Source: Balanoglossus misakiensis
Taxonomy: Eukaryota; Animalia; Hemichordata
Assembly: GCA_040954595.2 (NCBI GenBank)
Contig: CM082587.2
Span: 5,877,605 to 5,941,604, forward strand
Reading direction: 5' to 3'
Length of the DNA stretch: 64,000 nucleotides
How positions within the stretch are numbered: the first letter of the stretch is position 1; each line of letters begins with the position of its first letter. Below the pieces are notes generated by a model, which saw nothing but the letters and a program-made list of their open reading frames with translations, was not told the DNA's origin and made no database searches. Made by a program: the position numbers and the translations under genes. This document shows positions 48,433-62,972 of this stretch, piece by piece.

Positions 48433-50922
48433 GAGATAAGCGCCGTCGTTTTTTACCTTGGGTAACTTGAAACTGTTCTGTTCCTATTCTGCTGCTGTCG
48501 CCTCTCTGCTCTCAGCAGAACGACCCCCGCCAAGGTAAAGATGGAGAACATCTCCACATCTGATGGTAATCGAATTGTGATAAACGCAGACCGAACTCCC
48601 TATAAAATGCAAGCTCAGCACTTCAAGACATTGGAACATTTCTTCCCACCAACTTTTCAGAACACACAGTAGGAGAAGCCGCGCGGTAACAATTCGGTCC
48701 GCCGTTGGGGGCAATGACCAGGCGCGAACACGACAATACTTTTCTTACGTCACTTTCGCGACAAGAGACCCCATGGCTAACTTGCGTTAAGGTAGTATGC
48801 GCCTCCGGGACATATTTGCAGAAAAATCTTCGGTCGTTCTTCACCGAGTTTCTTTCTTATCGATAAAACTAGTTATTATACTTAAACGAGTAGACGGTGG
48901 TACGACCTCACTGACCCCGGTTGCCATTCTAGCCGGACTGTTGCTGCTAATGTTATGTTTATTGAACTCCATTATCTATTTATTAGCGTGTTTATTTGTT
49001 TATCTTGGGATTCCCAGTTGCATTGGTAGTTTTTCGCCCCCCCCCCCCTTCCCCAATCTGCGTTCCACGCAGTTAAAGAAAGTACATCCGACGATATAAC
49101 ACGAATTTGTAAGGTTCACGACCTCATAATTTAGTAGCGGCGCATGATCCCGAAAATCGGCAGACCTATATTGGCCATTCACGTCTCCTTTTACAGGGCA
49201 CGGGGGAAAGTATGTGACCGCAAGAGGCAAACAATATGCCTCGGACATAGTTTCGCGTCCCGCAATTCGGGTTAAATTTTCACGGGTGTATGTCGATGGA
49301 ATTTGCAACTCTCAAATCAGTCCCACGTCACATGACTTGCATAGAACACACTTTGTCGGCTACTGTCGATTTGGCGGGAGAACGCGATATCTGCAAGTTG
49401 TGGCGCAAGATTGGCCGTACGTGTCGGGCATGGACCGCGTCGCGCCAACATGAACAGGCGCAAGGTAGGTATTTTCATGTAAATTGTCTTCCCATGAAGA
49501 AGCTGAAGATTAAGCATTAGACTCGACTGCGCTGTTTACCTCGCCCAGAAGAGCTCTTGTATTGTAATCGTGTCAAATAATCGCGTACACAGGAGCATGT
49601 TGCCACGGGCAACACGAACCGTTTTTCGTACCCTCCACACGGCGCCTAGATTTGAATATATGCCGACAACTGCAAACGGCTTTATTTCAGACTGGCGCAG
49701 CTACCGTAGATCGCCGTGGCGAAATCATGAAGAAGAAAAAAACACTTTAAATTTGAGAAAACAGAATAGCATCAGGACAATAACCGATTGTGGCGTTTGA
49801 GTGCACACTATACGTCCGTCTCCTTATGCAGTGCACCGCTCACAATACATATGCTCTTGCATGGCCAACTGATTCTTGTCTATAGACAAGAAATAATGCG
49901 ATCAAAAGGGGTTCTTACTGTTACTACATAAGTGTAGTGCGTCACGAGTTGCTTCTTTGATTTCACCGACTCAGTTCCTCTGTACGAAAGCCAAAAGTCC
50001 GGGGACTTGCAATTTACTGTTGACAAAGTGTTGTTATATTTGTTTGCTTGGGTCCGGTTGGGCTGCTTTCCCACAAGGTAGGTATCATGATGAGGAGAAG
50101 AAAGATCCTGAACCGAGGTGCGTGATGATCTCTAGATGGCGCTGTCACATCCCGGTCAAAACCACCACAGGAACAGAACCGATGCCTAGCAACGGACAGC
50201 GTAGAATGTGTTGTTGTTGTTGTTGTTGTTGTTGTTGTCTTTCAGGCTATCACCATTAACAACAGGTGGATCATAGGAAGCTTCTAGCTCAAAATCATCC
50301 AGTTACAACGTTTATTTTCAACTTGCACCTAGTTTGAGAAAATGGAATTTTAGTATGCAGCAATAAATATCTTCGGCTGTTTTCCCAGACGTAAATTCGC
50401 GCGTAAAATGTTACAGCATCTAGGTCACAAAGTTTCCAATCAAGAACGGATATACTAGTATATGGACACATTACAAAACCACTGTTATAGTAAACGCTAT
50501 GCGGTTTCAGGGGAAGTATCGTTTCACTGGGACAGTTGCTGTGTCATCGATTCCATGGGAAAGAACCGCGGAAAAAGCGGGTGGGTGTTCTCGGCTTCCC
50601 CCCGCAGGAGTTTAAGTAAACTGTCGACTGAAGAGCTAATAAAATTTACAAGCCTCCAGTGGGACCGAGGACGAAAGTTTCTATTACTGTGTACCCGACG
50701 AAAAAAAGAGAACAGCCTCGCGTGCAGAGTGATGACCATGGAAATATTCCGCGCCAACCGGCGTTTCCCCAGAAATCTCTTTTCTGATGGTGTGGTGTAA
50801 GATTTTCTGAGATTACTGGAAATTGACAATATTGTCATTTTCCTGATATTTTTGTACATGTATTTTGTATGATGGATTTTACATAAAGCAAACGGGGTGT
50901 TACCATCCTACTTTTTTCGGTT

Positions 50923-51115
50923 ATGAATAATCAGTCTTTAGCATTTATTCATTTTGGCGAGATTCTTACTCTCATATCCTACAAGAGGGATGGAAGTTGT
51001 GTCTGGTTGAACGTTGATTCACTATATATCCACATGTACATTAACATAATCGGTGTCTTGTATCAAACATAATTAATGGGCAAAGGAAAGCGAGAGAGAG
51101 ACTTTGTCCCTTTAA
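50923..51115 (-). mobile_element. Kolobok-like palindromic MITE, copy 3 (one arm)
   Basis: Ends gagagagactttgtccct|TTAA; reverse complement aligns with the left arm of copy 1. Confidence 0.8.
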
Positions 51116-51457
51116 GGCATCTGATTATGGTTGTATCATTGGGAACAGAGGAAACCGAATTTTTCCTATTAGGATGGACATAAGCGAGCCTATTTCGAAT
51201 TCGTCTAATAGCTAAATTAGTATGGTGACAACATTTTCCTTCATTTTAAGTTTTTTTTTTTCAAGTATGAGCAAAATAACGGAAAATAATGTTATCAAAA
51301 CCATGACCCGTGGAGATGACGTTCTGCTATACCCCGTGGCCGTAGTGTTCATAGGGTACCGTAGAAATCGGTCAATTAGCGCCGCTAACGGCAGATTTTG
51401 CAATGTTAGCTGTCATTCGGTTAATTATCGATGGTTGTGTCCTGTACCTCCCACTCT

Positions 51458-51591
<134 letters not shown>

Positions 51592-52806
51592 GTTATGACC
51601 ATCCCAAATTATTATTTCCATGCGAAACGATGAATTGAACTAGTTGAGGAATATGGAAAGTTTACTCTTTATGATTCAGTGGCTTTTTTCTGCAACTAAT
51701 GTAACAAAATCCTACTCTGAAGGGGGCATCAGGATCGTTAATAAAGCTACCAACAAGCTTCTCCTTTTCCGATATCTACCCCTCTAAGTGTTGTGTACAG
51801 GTACCCCCATGCATACCCTCATCACTTCCCCAACCCACCAGCCCGGGTTCTATGTTCGCCACAGGCATCGTAGAATTGCTTGGCGTTTTTTCCCTCCTGT
51901 ATGTGGTTACGACGAATTTGAAGCCGAAAAGCGCACTGGGTCCGTTTCGCATGGATGGACGGCCGCCGTCACAACCGGCAGGGCAGATCGTCGACCGTGC
52001 GGGGGATTGATTCACGATAATGATGTTAATTTCAACGTGAAGGTCAATGTCCGATTGATAATGGCATTGACCCTGAATCCCATGCAGTGTCTTTTCAACA
52101 ACCCTGGAAAATCGTCACGTGAGTACTGCAATCCATACGCGTATTGATCACGTGTGCACTGCAATTGAAACCTATATTGGCTACCATTGTCCGATGACTT
52201 CACCCTATTAGAAAAAAACACGGCAAACGCCATGTGTGTTTTATTCGATATTTTTTCAGATAACAATAATCATACATGTCATTGACTTTGTGAATCCTAT
52301 ATACATTGAAGAATTGGGTACTGTGTAAAGTCAAGCGTGCAACGATTCGTCCCCTTGCTGGTTGCCTGAGAGGCTGTTCTCGGTAATTTACATGCGAAAT
52401 CAATTTCACAGTTCACACTCATCAACACTGTCGGTCAGAAATCAGAAAATTGGACATCAACGAAATCACCCGGGAGGAGGAAATGTCCTTCAGTCTAACG
52501 TGTTAGTCCACTATTGCAAGATGTCAGTCCACATTGTGTCGATTTTTGTCACACTTCTCACTACCGATCTCTCTGCCTTCGTGCTTGCGTACGTGCAAAT
52601 TTGGCATTGCTAATTGACAGGATGACGTACAGAATGGACTAAGGAACGAATGTTACCATGGCTACGTCGTATGCAGGTTTTTCTGCCTGCAGGAAAAATA
52701 TCGATAACCTTCCCTCAATTTCACGGTCTACTCTTAGACCGCTCTAACTCCTGCCCAGTGCGATTGATGAAAAATGAACAATTTGATTCAAAAACACAAA
52801 TTTGCA

Positions 52807-55800
52807 CAAATAAAAAAATCGTCATTTTTTGACACAAATCATGGGTTATAGCCCATGAAAATCATCCAAAAATGACAAATTTTCGACTTTCCCGCAAATC
52901 AAAAAATGGTCATTTTTTCACAAAAACCATGGGTTATAGCCCATGAAAATCATCCAGAAATGACAAATTTTCGACTTTCCCGCAAATCGAAAAGTGGTCA
53001 TTTTTTCACAAAAACCATGGGTTATAGCCCATGAAAATCGTCCAGAAATGACAAATTTTCGACTTTCCGGCAAATCAAAAAATGGTCATTTTTTCACAAA
53101 AACCATGGGTTATAGCCCATGAAAATCACCCAGAAATGACAAATTTTCGACTTTCCGGCAAATCAAAAAATGGTCATTTTTTCACAAAAACCATGGGTTA
53201 TAGCCCATGAAAATCACCCAGAAATGACAAATTTTCGACTTTCCGGCAAATCAAAAAATGGTCATATTTTCACAAAACCATGGGTTATAGCCCATGAAAA
53301 TCACCAGAAATGACAAATTTTCGACTTTCCCGCAAATCAAAAAATGGTCATTTTTTCACAAAAACCATGGGTTGTAGCCCATGAAAAATCACCCAGAAAT
53401 GACAAATTTTCGACTTTCCCGCAAATCAAAAAAATGGTCATTTTTTCACAAAAATCATGGGTTATAGCCCATGAAAATCACCCAGAAATGACAAATTTTC
53501 GACTTTCCCGCAAATCAAAAAATGGTCATTTTTTCACAAAAACCATGGTTATAGCCCATGAAAATCACCCAGAAATGACAAATTTTCGACTTTCCCGCAA
53601 ATCAAAAAATGGTCATTTTTCACAAAAACCATGGGTTATAGCCCATGAAAATCACCCAGAAATGACAAATTTTCGACTTTCCCGCAAATCAAAAAATGGT
53701 CATTTTTTCACAAAAACCATGGGTTATAGCCCATGAAAATCACCCAGAAATGACAAATTTTCGACTTTCCCGCAAATCAAAAAATGGTCATTTTTTCACA
53801 AAAACCATGGGTTATAGCCCATGAAAATCACACCAGAAATGACAAATTTTCGACTTTCCCGCAAATCAAAAATGGTCATTTTTTCACAAAAACCATGGGT
53901 TATAGCCCATGAAAATCACCCAGAAATGACAAATTTTCGACTTTCCCGCAAATCAAAAAATGGTCATTTTTCACAAAAACTATGGGTTATAGCCCATGAA
54001 AATCACCCAGAAATGACAAATTTTCGACTTTCCCGCAAATCAAAAAATGGTCATTTTTTCACAAAAACCATGGGTTATAGCCCATGAAAATCACCCAGAA
54101 ATGACAAATTTTCGACTTTCCCGCAAATCAAAAAATGGTCATTTTTTCACAAAAACCATGGGTTATAGCCCATGAAAATCACCCAGAAATGACAAATTTT
54201 CGACTTTCCCGCAAATCAAAAAATGGTCATTTTTTCACAAAAACCATGGGTTATAGCCCATGAAAATCACCCAGAAATGACAAATTTTCGACTTTCCCGC
54301 AAATCAAAAATGGTCATTTTTTCACAAAACCATGGGTTATAGCCCATGAAAATCACCCAGAAATGACAAATTTTCGACTTTCCCGCAAATCAAAAAATGG
54401 TCATTTTTTCACAAAAACCATGGGTTATAGCCCATGAAAATCACCCAGAAATGACAAATTTTCGACTTTCCCGCAAATCAAAAAATGGTCATTTTTTCAC
54501 AAAAACCATGGGTTATAGCCCATGAAAATCACCCAGAAATGACAAATTTTCGACTTTCCCGCAAATCAAAAAATGGTCATTTTTTCACAAAAACCATGGG
54601 TTATAGCCCATGAAAATCACCCAGAAATGACAAATTTTCGACTTTCCCGCAAATCAAAAAATGGTCATTTTTTCACAAAAACCATGGGTTATAGCCCATG
54701 AAAATCACCCAGAAATGACAAATTTTCGACTTTCCCGCAAATCAAAAAATGGTCATTTTTTCACAAAAACCATGGTTATAGCCCATGAAAATCACCCAGA
54801 AATGACAAATTTTCGACTTTCCCGCAAATCAAAAAATGGTCATTTTTTCACAAAAACCATGGGTTATAGCCCATGAAAATCACCCAGAAATGACAAATTT
54901 TCGACTTTCCGCAAAATCAAAAAATGGTCATTTTTTCACAAAAACCATGGGTTATAGCCCATGAAAATCACCCAGAAATGACAAATTTTCGACTTTCCGC
55001 AAATCAAAAAATGGTCATTTTTTCACAAAAACATGGGTTTATAGCCCATGAAAATCACCCAGAAATGACAAATTTTCGACTTTCCCGCAAATCAAAAAAT
55101 GGTCATTTTTTCACAAAAACCATGGGTTATAGCCCATGAAAATCACCCAGAAATGACAAATTTTCGACTTTCCCGCAAATCAAAAAAATGGTCATTTTTT
55201 CACAAAAACCATGGGTTATAGCCCATGAAAATCACCCAGAAATGACAAATTTTCGACTTTCCCCGCAAATCAAAAAATGGTCATTTTTTCACAAAAACCA
55301 TGGGTTATAGCCCATGAAAATCACCCAGAAATGACAAATTTTCGACTTTCCCGCAAATCAAAAAATGGTCATTTTTTCACAAAAACCATGGGTTATAGCC
55401 CATGAAAATCACCCAGAAATGACAAATTTTCGACTTTCCCGCAAATCAAAAAATGGTCATTTTTTCACAAAAACCATGGGTTATAGCCCATGAAAATCAC
55501 CCAGAAATGACAAATTTTCGACTTTCCCGCAAATCAAAAAATGGTCATTTTTTCACAAAAACCATGGGTTATAGCCATGAAAATCACCCAGAAATGACAA
55601 ATTTTCGACTTTCCCGCAAATCAAAAAATGGTCATTTTTTCACAAAAACCATGGGTTATAGCCCATGAAAATCACCCAGAAATGACAAATTTTCGACTTT
55701 CCCGCAAATCAAAAAATGGTCATTTTTTCACAAAAACTATGGGTTATTAGCCCATGAAAATCACCCAGAAATGACAAATTTTCGACTTTCCCGCAAAATC

Positions 55801-58800
55801 AAAAAATGGTCATTTTTTCACAAAAACCATGGGTTATAGCCCATGAAAATCACCCAGAAATGACAAATTTTCGACTTTCCCGCAAATCAAAAAATGGTCA
55901 TTTTTCACAAAAACCATGGGTTATAGCCCATGAAAATCACCCAGAAATGACAATTTTCGACTTTCCCGCAAATCAAAAATGGTCATTTTTTCACAAAAAC
56001 CTTGGGTTATAGCCCATGAAAATCACCCCAGAAATGACAAATTTTCGACTTTCCCGCAAATCAAAAATGGTCATTTTTTCACAAAAACCATGGGTTATAG
56101 CCCATGAAAATCACCCAGAAATGACAAATTTTCGACTTTCCCGCAAATCAAAAAATGGTCATTTTTTCACAAAACCATGGGTTATAGCCCATGGAAAATC
56201 ACCAGAAATGACAAATTTTCGACTTTCCCGCAAATCAAAAAATGGTCATTTTTTCACAAAAACCATGGGTTATAGCCCATGAAAATCACCCAGAAATGAC
56301 AAATTTTCGACTTTCCCGCAAATCAAAAAATGGTCATTTTTTCACAAAAACCATGGGTTATAGCCCATGAAAATCACCCAGAAATGACAAATTTTCGACT
56401 TTCCCGCAAATCAAAAATGGTCATTTTTTCACAAAAACCATGGGTTATAGCCATGAAAATCACCCAGAAATGACAAATTTTCGACTTTCCCGCAAATCAA
56501 AAAATGGTCATTTTTTCACAAAAACCTTGGGTTATAGCCCATGAAAATCACCCAGGAAATGACAAATTTTCGACTTTCCCGCAAATCAAAAAATGGTCAT
56601 TTTTTCACAAAAACCATGGGTATAGCCCATGAAAATCACCCAGAAATGACAAATTTTCGACTTTCCGCAAATCAAAAAATGGTCATTTTTTCACAAAAAC
56701 CATGGGTTATAGCCCATGAAAATCACCCAGAAATGACAAATTTTCGACTTTCCCGCAAATCAAAAAATGGTCATTTTTTCACAAAACCATGGGTTATAGC
56801 CCATGAAAATCACCCAGAAATGACAAATTTTCGACTTTCCCGCAAATCAAAAAAATGGTCATTTTTTCACAAAAACCATGGGTTATAGCCCATGAAAATC
56901 ACCCAGAAATGACAAATTTTCGACTTTCCCGCAAATCAAAAATGGTCATTTTTTCACAAAAACCATGGGTTATAGCCCATGAAAATCACCCAGAAATGAC
57001 AAATTTTCGACTTTCCCGCAAATCAAAAAATGGTCATTTTTTCACAAAAACCATGGGTTATAGCCCATGAAAATCACCCAGAAATGACAAATTTTCGACT
57101 TTCCTGCAAATCAAAAATGGTCATTTTTTCACAAAAACCATGGGTTATAGCCCATGAAAATCACCCAGAAATGACAAATTTTCGACTTTCCCGCAAATCA
57201 AAAAATGGTCATTTTTTCACAAAAACCATGGGTTATAGCCCATGAAAATCACCCAGAAATGACATATTTTCGACTTTCCCGCAAATCAAAAAATGGTCAT
57301 TTTTTCACAAAAACCATGGGTTATAGCCCATGAAAATCACCCAGAAATGACAAATTTTCGACTTTCCCGCAAATCAAAAAATGGTCATTTTTCACAAAAA
57401 CCATGGGTTTATAGCCCATGAAAATCACCCAGAAATGACAAATTTTCGACTTTCCCGCAAATCAAAAAATGGTCATTTTTTCACAAAAACCATGGGTTAT
57501 AGCCCATGAAAATCACCCAGAAATGACAAATTTTCGACTTTCCCGCAAATCAAAAAATGGTCATTTTTTCACAAAAACCATGGGTTATAGCCCATGAAAA
57601 TCACCCAGAAATGACAAATTTTCGACTTTCCCGCAAATCAAAAAATGGTCATTTTTTCACAAAAACCATGGGTTATAGCCCATGAAAATCACCCAGAAAT
57701 GACAAATTTCGACTTTCCCGCAAATCAAAAAATGGTCATTTTTTCACAAAAACCATGGGTTATAGCCCATGAAAATCACCCAGAAATGACAAATTTTCGA
57801 CTTTCCCGCAAATCAAAAAATGGTCATTTTTTCACAAAAACCATGGGTTATAGCCCATGAAAATCACCCAGAAATGACAAATTTTCGACTTTCCCGCAAA
57901 TCAAAAAATGGTCATTTTTTCACAAAAACCATGGGTTATAGCCCATGAAAATCACCCAGAAATGACAAATTTTCGACTTTCCGCAAATCAAAAAATGGTC
58001 ATTTTTTCACAAAAACCATGGGTTATAGCCCATGAAAATCACCCAGAAATGACAAATTTTCGACTTTCCCGCAAATCATAAAAATGGTCATTTTTTCACA
58101 AAAACCATGGGTTATAGCCCATGAAAATCACCCAGAAAATGACAAATTTTCGACTTTCCCGCAAATCAAAAAATGGTCATTTTTTCACAAAAACCATGGG
58201 TTATAGCCCATGAAAATCACCCAGAAATGACAAATTTTCGACTTTCCCGCAAATCAAAAAATGGTCATTTTTTCACAAAAACCATGGGTTATAAGCCCAT
58301 GAAAATCACCCAGAAATGACAAATTTTCGACTTTCCGCAAATCAAAAAATGGTCATTTTTTCACAAAAACCTTGGGTTATAGCCCATGAAAATCACCCAG
58401 AAATGACAAATTTTGGACTTTCCCGCAAATCAAAAATGGTCATTTTTTCACAAAAACCATGGGTTATAGCCCATGAAAATCACCCAGAAATGACAAATTT
58501 TCGACTTTCCCGCAAATCAAAAAATGGTCATTTTTTCACAAAAACCATGGGTTATAGCCCATGAAAATCACCCAGAAATGACAAATTTTCGACTTTCCCG
58601 CAAATCAAAAAATGGTAATTTTTTCACAAAAACCATGGGTTATAGCCCATGAAAATCACCCAGAAATGACAAATTTTGGACTTTCCGCAAATCAAAAAAT
58701 GGTCATTTTTTCACAAAAACCCATGGGTTATAGCCCATGAAAATCACCCAGAAATGACAAATTTTCGACTTTCCCGCAAATCAAAAAATGGTCATTTTTT

Positions 58801-61800
58801 CACAAAAACCATGGGTTATAGCCCATGAAAATCACCCAGAAATGACAAATTTTCGACTTTCCCGCAAATCAAAAAATGGTCATTATTTCACAAAAACCAT
58901 GGGTTATAGCCATGAAAATCACCCAGAAATGACAAATTTTCGACTTTCCCGCAAATCAAAAAATGGTCATTTTTTCACAAAAACCATGGGTTATAGCCCA
59001 TGAAAATCACCCAGAAATGACAAATTTTCGACTTTCCCGCAAATCAAAAAATGGTCATTTTTTCACAAAAACCTTGGTTATAGCCCATGAAAATCACCCA
59101 GAAATGATAAATTTTCGACTTTCCCGCAAATCAAAAAATGGTCATTTTTTCACAAAAACCATGGGTTATAGCCCATGAAAATCACCCAGAAATGACAAAT
59201 TTTCGACTTTCCCGCAAATCAAAAAAATGGTCATTTTTTCACAAAAACCATGGTTATAGCCCATGAAAATCACCCAGAAATGACAAATTTTCGACTTTCC
59301 CGCAAATCAAAAAATGGTCATTTTTTCACAAAACATGGGTTATAGCCCATGAAAATCACCCAGAAATGACAAATTTTCGACTTTCCCGCAAATCAAAAAA
59401 TGGTCATTTTTTCACAAAAACCATGGGTTATAGCCCATGAAAATCACCCAGAAATGACAAATTTTCGACTTTCCCGCAAATCAAAAAATGGTCATTTTTT
59501 CACAAAAACCATGGGTTATAGCCCATGAAAATCACCCAGAAATGACAAATTTTCGACATTCCCGCAAATCAAAAAATGGTCATTTTTTCACAAAAACCAT
59601 GGGTTATAGCCCATGAACATCACCCAGAAATGACAAATTTTCGACTTTCCCGCAAATCAAAAAATGGTCATTTTTCACAAATACCATGGGTTATAGCCCA
59701 TGAAAATCACCCAGAAATGACAAATTTTCGACTTTCCGCAAATCAAAAAATGGTCATTTTTTCACAAAAACCATGGGTTATAGCCCATGAAAATCACCCA
59801 GAAATGACAAATTTTCGACTTTCCCGCAAATCAAAAAATGGTCATTTTTTCACAAAAACCATGGGTTATAGCCCATGAAAATCACCCAGAAATGACAAAT
59901 TTTCGACTTTCCCGCAAATCAAAAAATGGTCATTTTTCACAAAACCATGGGTTATAGCCCATGAAAATCACCAGAAATGACAAATTTTCGACTTTCCCGC
60001 AAATCAAAAATGGTCATTTTTTCACAAAAACCATGGGTTATAGCCCATGAAAATCACCCAGAAATGACAAATTTTCGACTTTCCCGCAAATCAAAAAATG
60101 GTCATTTTTTCACAAAAACCATGGGTTATAGCCCATGAACATCACCCAGAAATGACAAATTTTCGACTTCCCGCAAATCAAAAAATGGTCATTTTTTCAC
60201 AAAAACCATGGGTTATAGCCCATGAAAATCACCCAGAAATGACAAATTTTCGACTTTCCCGCTAATCAAAAAATGGTCATTTTTCACAAAAAACCATGGG
60301 TTATAGCCCATGAAAATCACCCAGAAATGACAAATTTTCGGCTTTCCCGCAAATCAAAAAATTTGTCATTTTTTTCACAAAAACCATGGGTTATAGCCCA
60401 TGAAAATCACCCAGAAATGACAAATTTTCGACTTTCCCGCAAATCAAAAAATTGTCATTTTTTCACAAAAACCATGGGTTATAGCCCATGAAAATCACCC
60501 AGAAATGACAAATTTTCGACTTTCCCGCAAATCAAAAAATGGTCATTTTTTCACAAAAACCATGGGTTATAGCCCATGAAAATCACCCAGAAATGACAAA
60601 TTTTTGACTTTCCCGCAAATCAAAAAATTGTCATTTTTTCACAAAAACCATGGGTTATAGCCCATGAAAATCACCCAGAAATGACAAATTTTCGACTTTC
60701 CCGCAAATCAAAAAATGGTCATTTTTTCACAAAAACCATGGGTTATAGCCCATGAAAATCACCCAGAAATGACAAATTTTCGACTTTCCCGCAAATCAAA
60801 AAATGGTCATTTTTTCACAAAAACCATGGGTTATAGCCATGAAAATCACCCAGAAATGACAAATTTTCGACTTTCCCGCAAATCAAAAAATGGTCATTTT
60901 TTCACAAAAACCATGGGTTATAGCCCATGAAAATCACCCAGAAATGACAAATTTTCGACTTTCCCGCAAATCAAAAAATGGTCATTTTTTCACAAAAACC
61001 ATGGGTTATAGCCCATGAAAATCACCCAGAAATGACAAATTTTCGACTTTCCCGCAAATCAAAAAATGGTCATTTTTTCACAAAAACCATGGGTTATAGC
61101 CCATGAAAATCACCCAGAAATGACAATTTTCGACTTTCCGCAAATCAAAAAATGGTCATTTTTTCACAAAAACCATGGGTTATAGCCCATGAAAATCACC
61201 CAGAAATGACAAATTTTCGACTTTCCCGCAAATCAAAAAGTGGTCATTTTTTCAGAAAAACCATGGGTTATAGCTCATGAAAATCACCCAGAAATGACAA
61301 ATTTTCGACTTTCCCGCAAATCAAAAAATGGTCATTTTTTCACAAAAACCATGGGTTATAGCCCATGAAAATCACCCAGAAATGACAAATTTTCGACTTT
61401 CCCGCAAATCAAAAAATGGTCATTTTTCACAAAAACCATGGGTTATAGCCCATGAAAATCACCCAGAAATGACAAATTTTCGACTTTCCCGCAAATCAAA
61501 AATGGTCATTTTTCACAAAAACCATGGGTTATAGCCCATGAAAATCACCCAGAAATGACAAATTTTCGACTTTCCCGCAAATCAAAAAATGGTCATTTTT
61601 TCACAAAAACCATGGGTTATAGCCCATGAAAATCACCCAGAAATGACAAATTTTCGACTTTCCCGCAAATCAAAAAATGGTCATTTTTTCACAAAAACAT
61701 GGGTTATAGCCCATGAAAATCACCCAGAAATGACAAATTTTCGACTTTCCCGCAAATCAAAAAATGGTCATTTTTTCACAAAAACCATGGGTTATAGCCC

Positions 61801-62972
61801 ATGAAATCACCCAGAAATGACAAATTTTCGACTTTCCGCAAATCAAAAAATGGTCATTTTTCACAAAAACCATGGGTTATAGCCCATGAAAATCACCCAG
61901 AAATGACAAATTTTCGACTTTCCCGCAAATCAAAAAATGGTCATTTTTTCACAAAAACCATGGGTTATAGCCCATGAAAATCACCCAGAAATGACAAATT
62001 TTCGACTTTCCCGCAAATCAAAAAATGGTCATTTTTTCACAAAAACCATGGGTTATAGCCCATGAAAATCACCCAGAAATGACAAATTTTCGGCTTTCCC
62101 GCAAATCAAAAAATGGTCATTTTTTCACAAAAACCATGGGTTATAGCCCATGAAAATCACCCAGAAATGACAAATTTTCGACTTTCCCGCAAATCAAAAA
62201 TGGTCATTTTTTCACAAAAACCATGGGTTATAGCCCATGAAAATCACCCAGAAATGACAAATTTTCGACTTTCCCGCAAATCAAAAAATGGTCATTTTTT
62301 CACAAAAACCATGGGTTATAGCCCATGAAAATCACCCAGAAATGACAAATTTTCGACTTTCCCGCAAATCAAAAAATGGTCATTTTTCACAAAAACCATG
62401 GGTTATAGCCATGAAAATCACCCAGAAATGACAAATTTTCGACTTTCCCGCAAATCAAAAAATGGTCATTTTTTCACAAAAACCATGGGTTATAGCCCAT
62501 GAAAATCACCCAGAAATGACAAATTTTCGACATTCCCGCAAATCAAAAATGGTCATTTTTTCACAAAAACCATGGGTTATAGCCCATGAAAATCACCCAG
62601 AAATGACAAATTTTCGACTTCCCGCAAATCAAAAATGGTCATTTTTTCACAAAAACCATGGGTTATAGCCCATGAAAATCACCCAGAAATGACAAATTTT
62701 CGACTTTTCCCGCAAATCAAAAAATGGTCATTTTTTCACAAAAACCATGGGTTATAGCCCATGAAAATCACCCAGAATGACAAACTTTCGACTTTCCCGC
62801 AAATCAAAAATGGTCATTTTTTCACAAAAACCATGGGTTATAGCCCATGAAAATCACCCAGAAATGACAAATTTTCGACTTTCCCGCAAATCAAAAAATG
62901 GTCATTTTTCACAAAACCATGGGTTATAGCCCATGAAAATCACCCAGAAATGACAAATCAAAAAATGGGTTA
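52807..62972 (+). repeat. 88-bp satellite array, ~115 monomers, forward block
   Basis: Consensus ccatgggttatagcccatgaaaatcacccagaaatgacaaattttcgactttcccgcaaatcaaaaaatggtcattttttcacaaaaa; most variation is homopolymer length. Confidence 0.98.
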
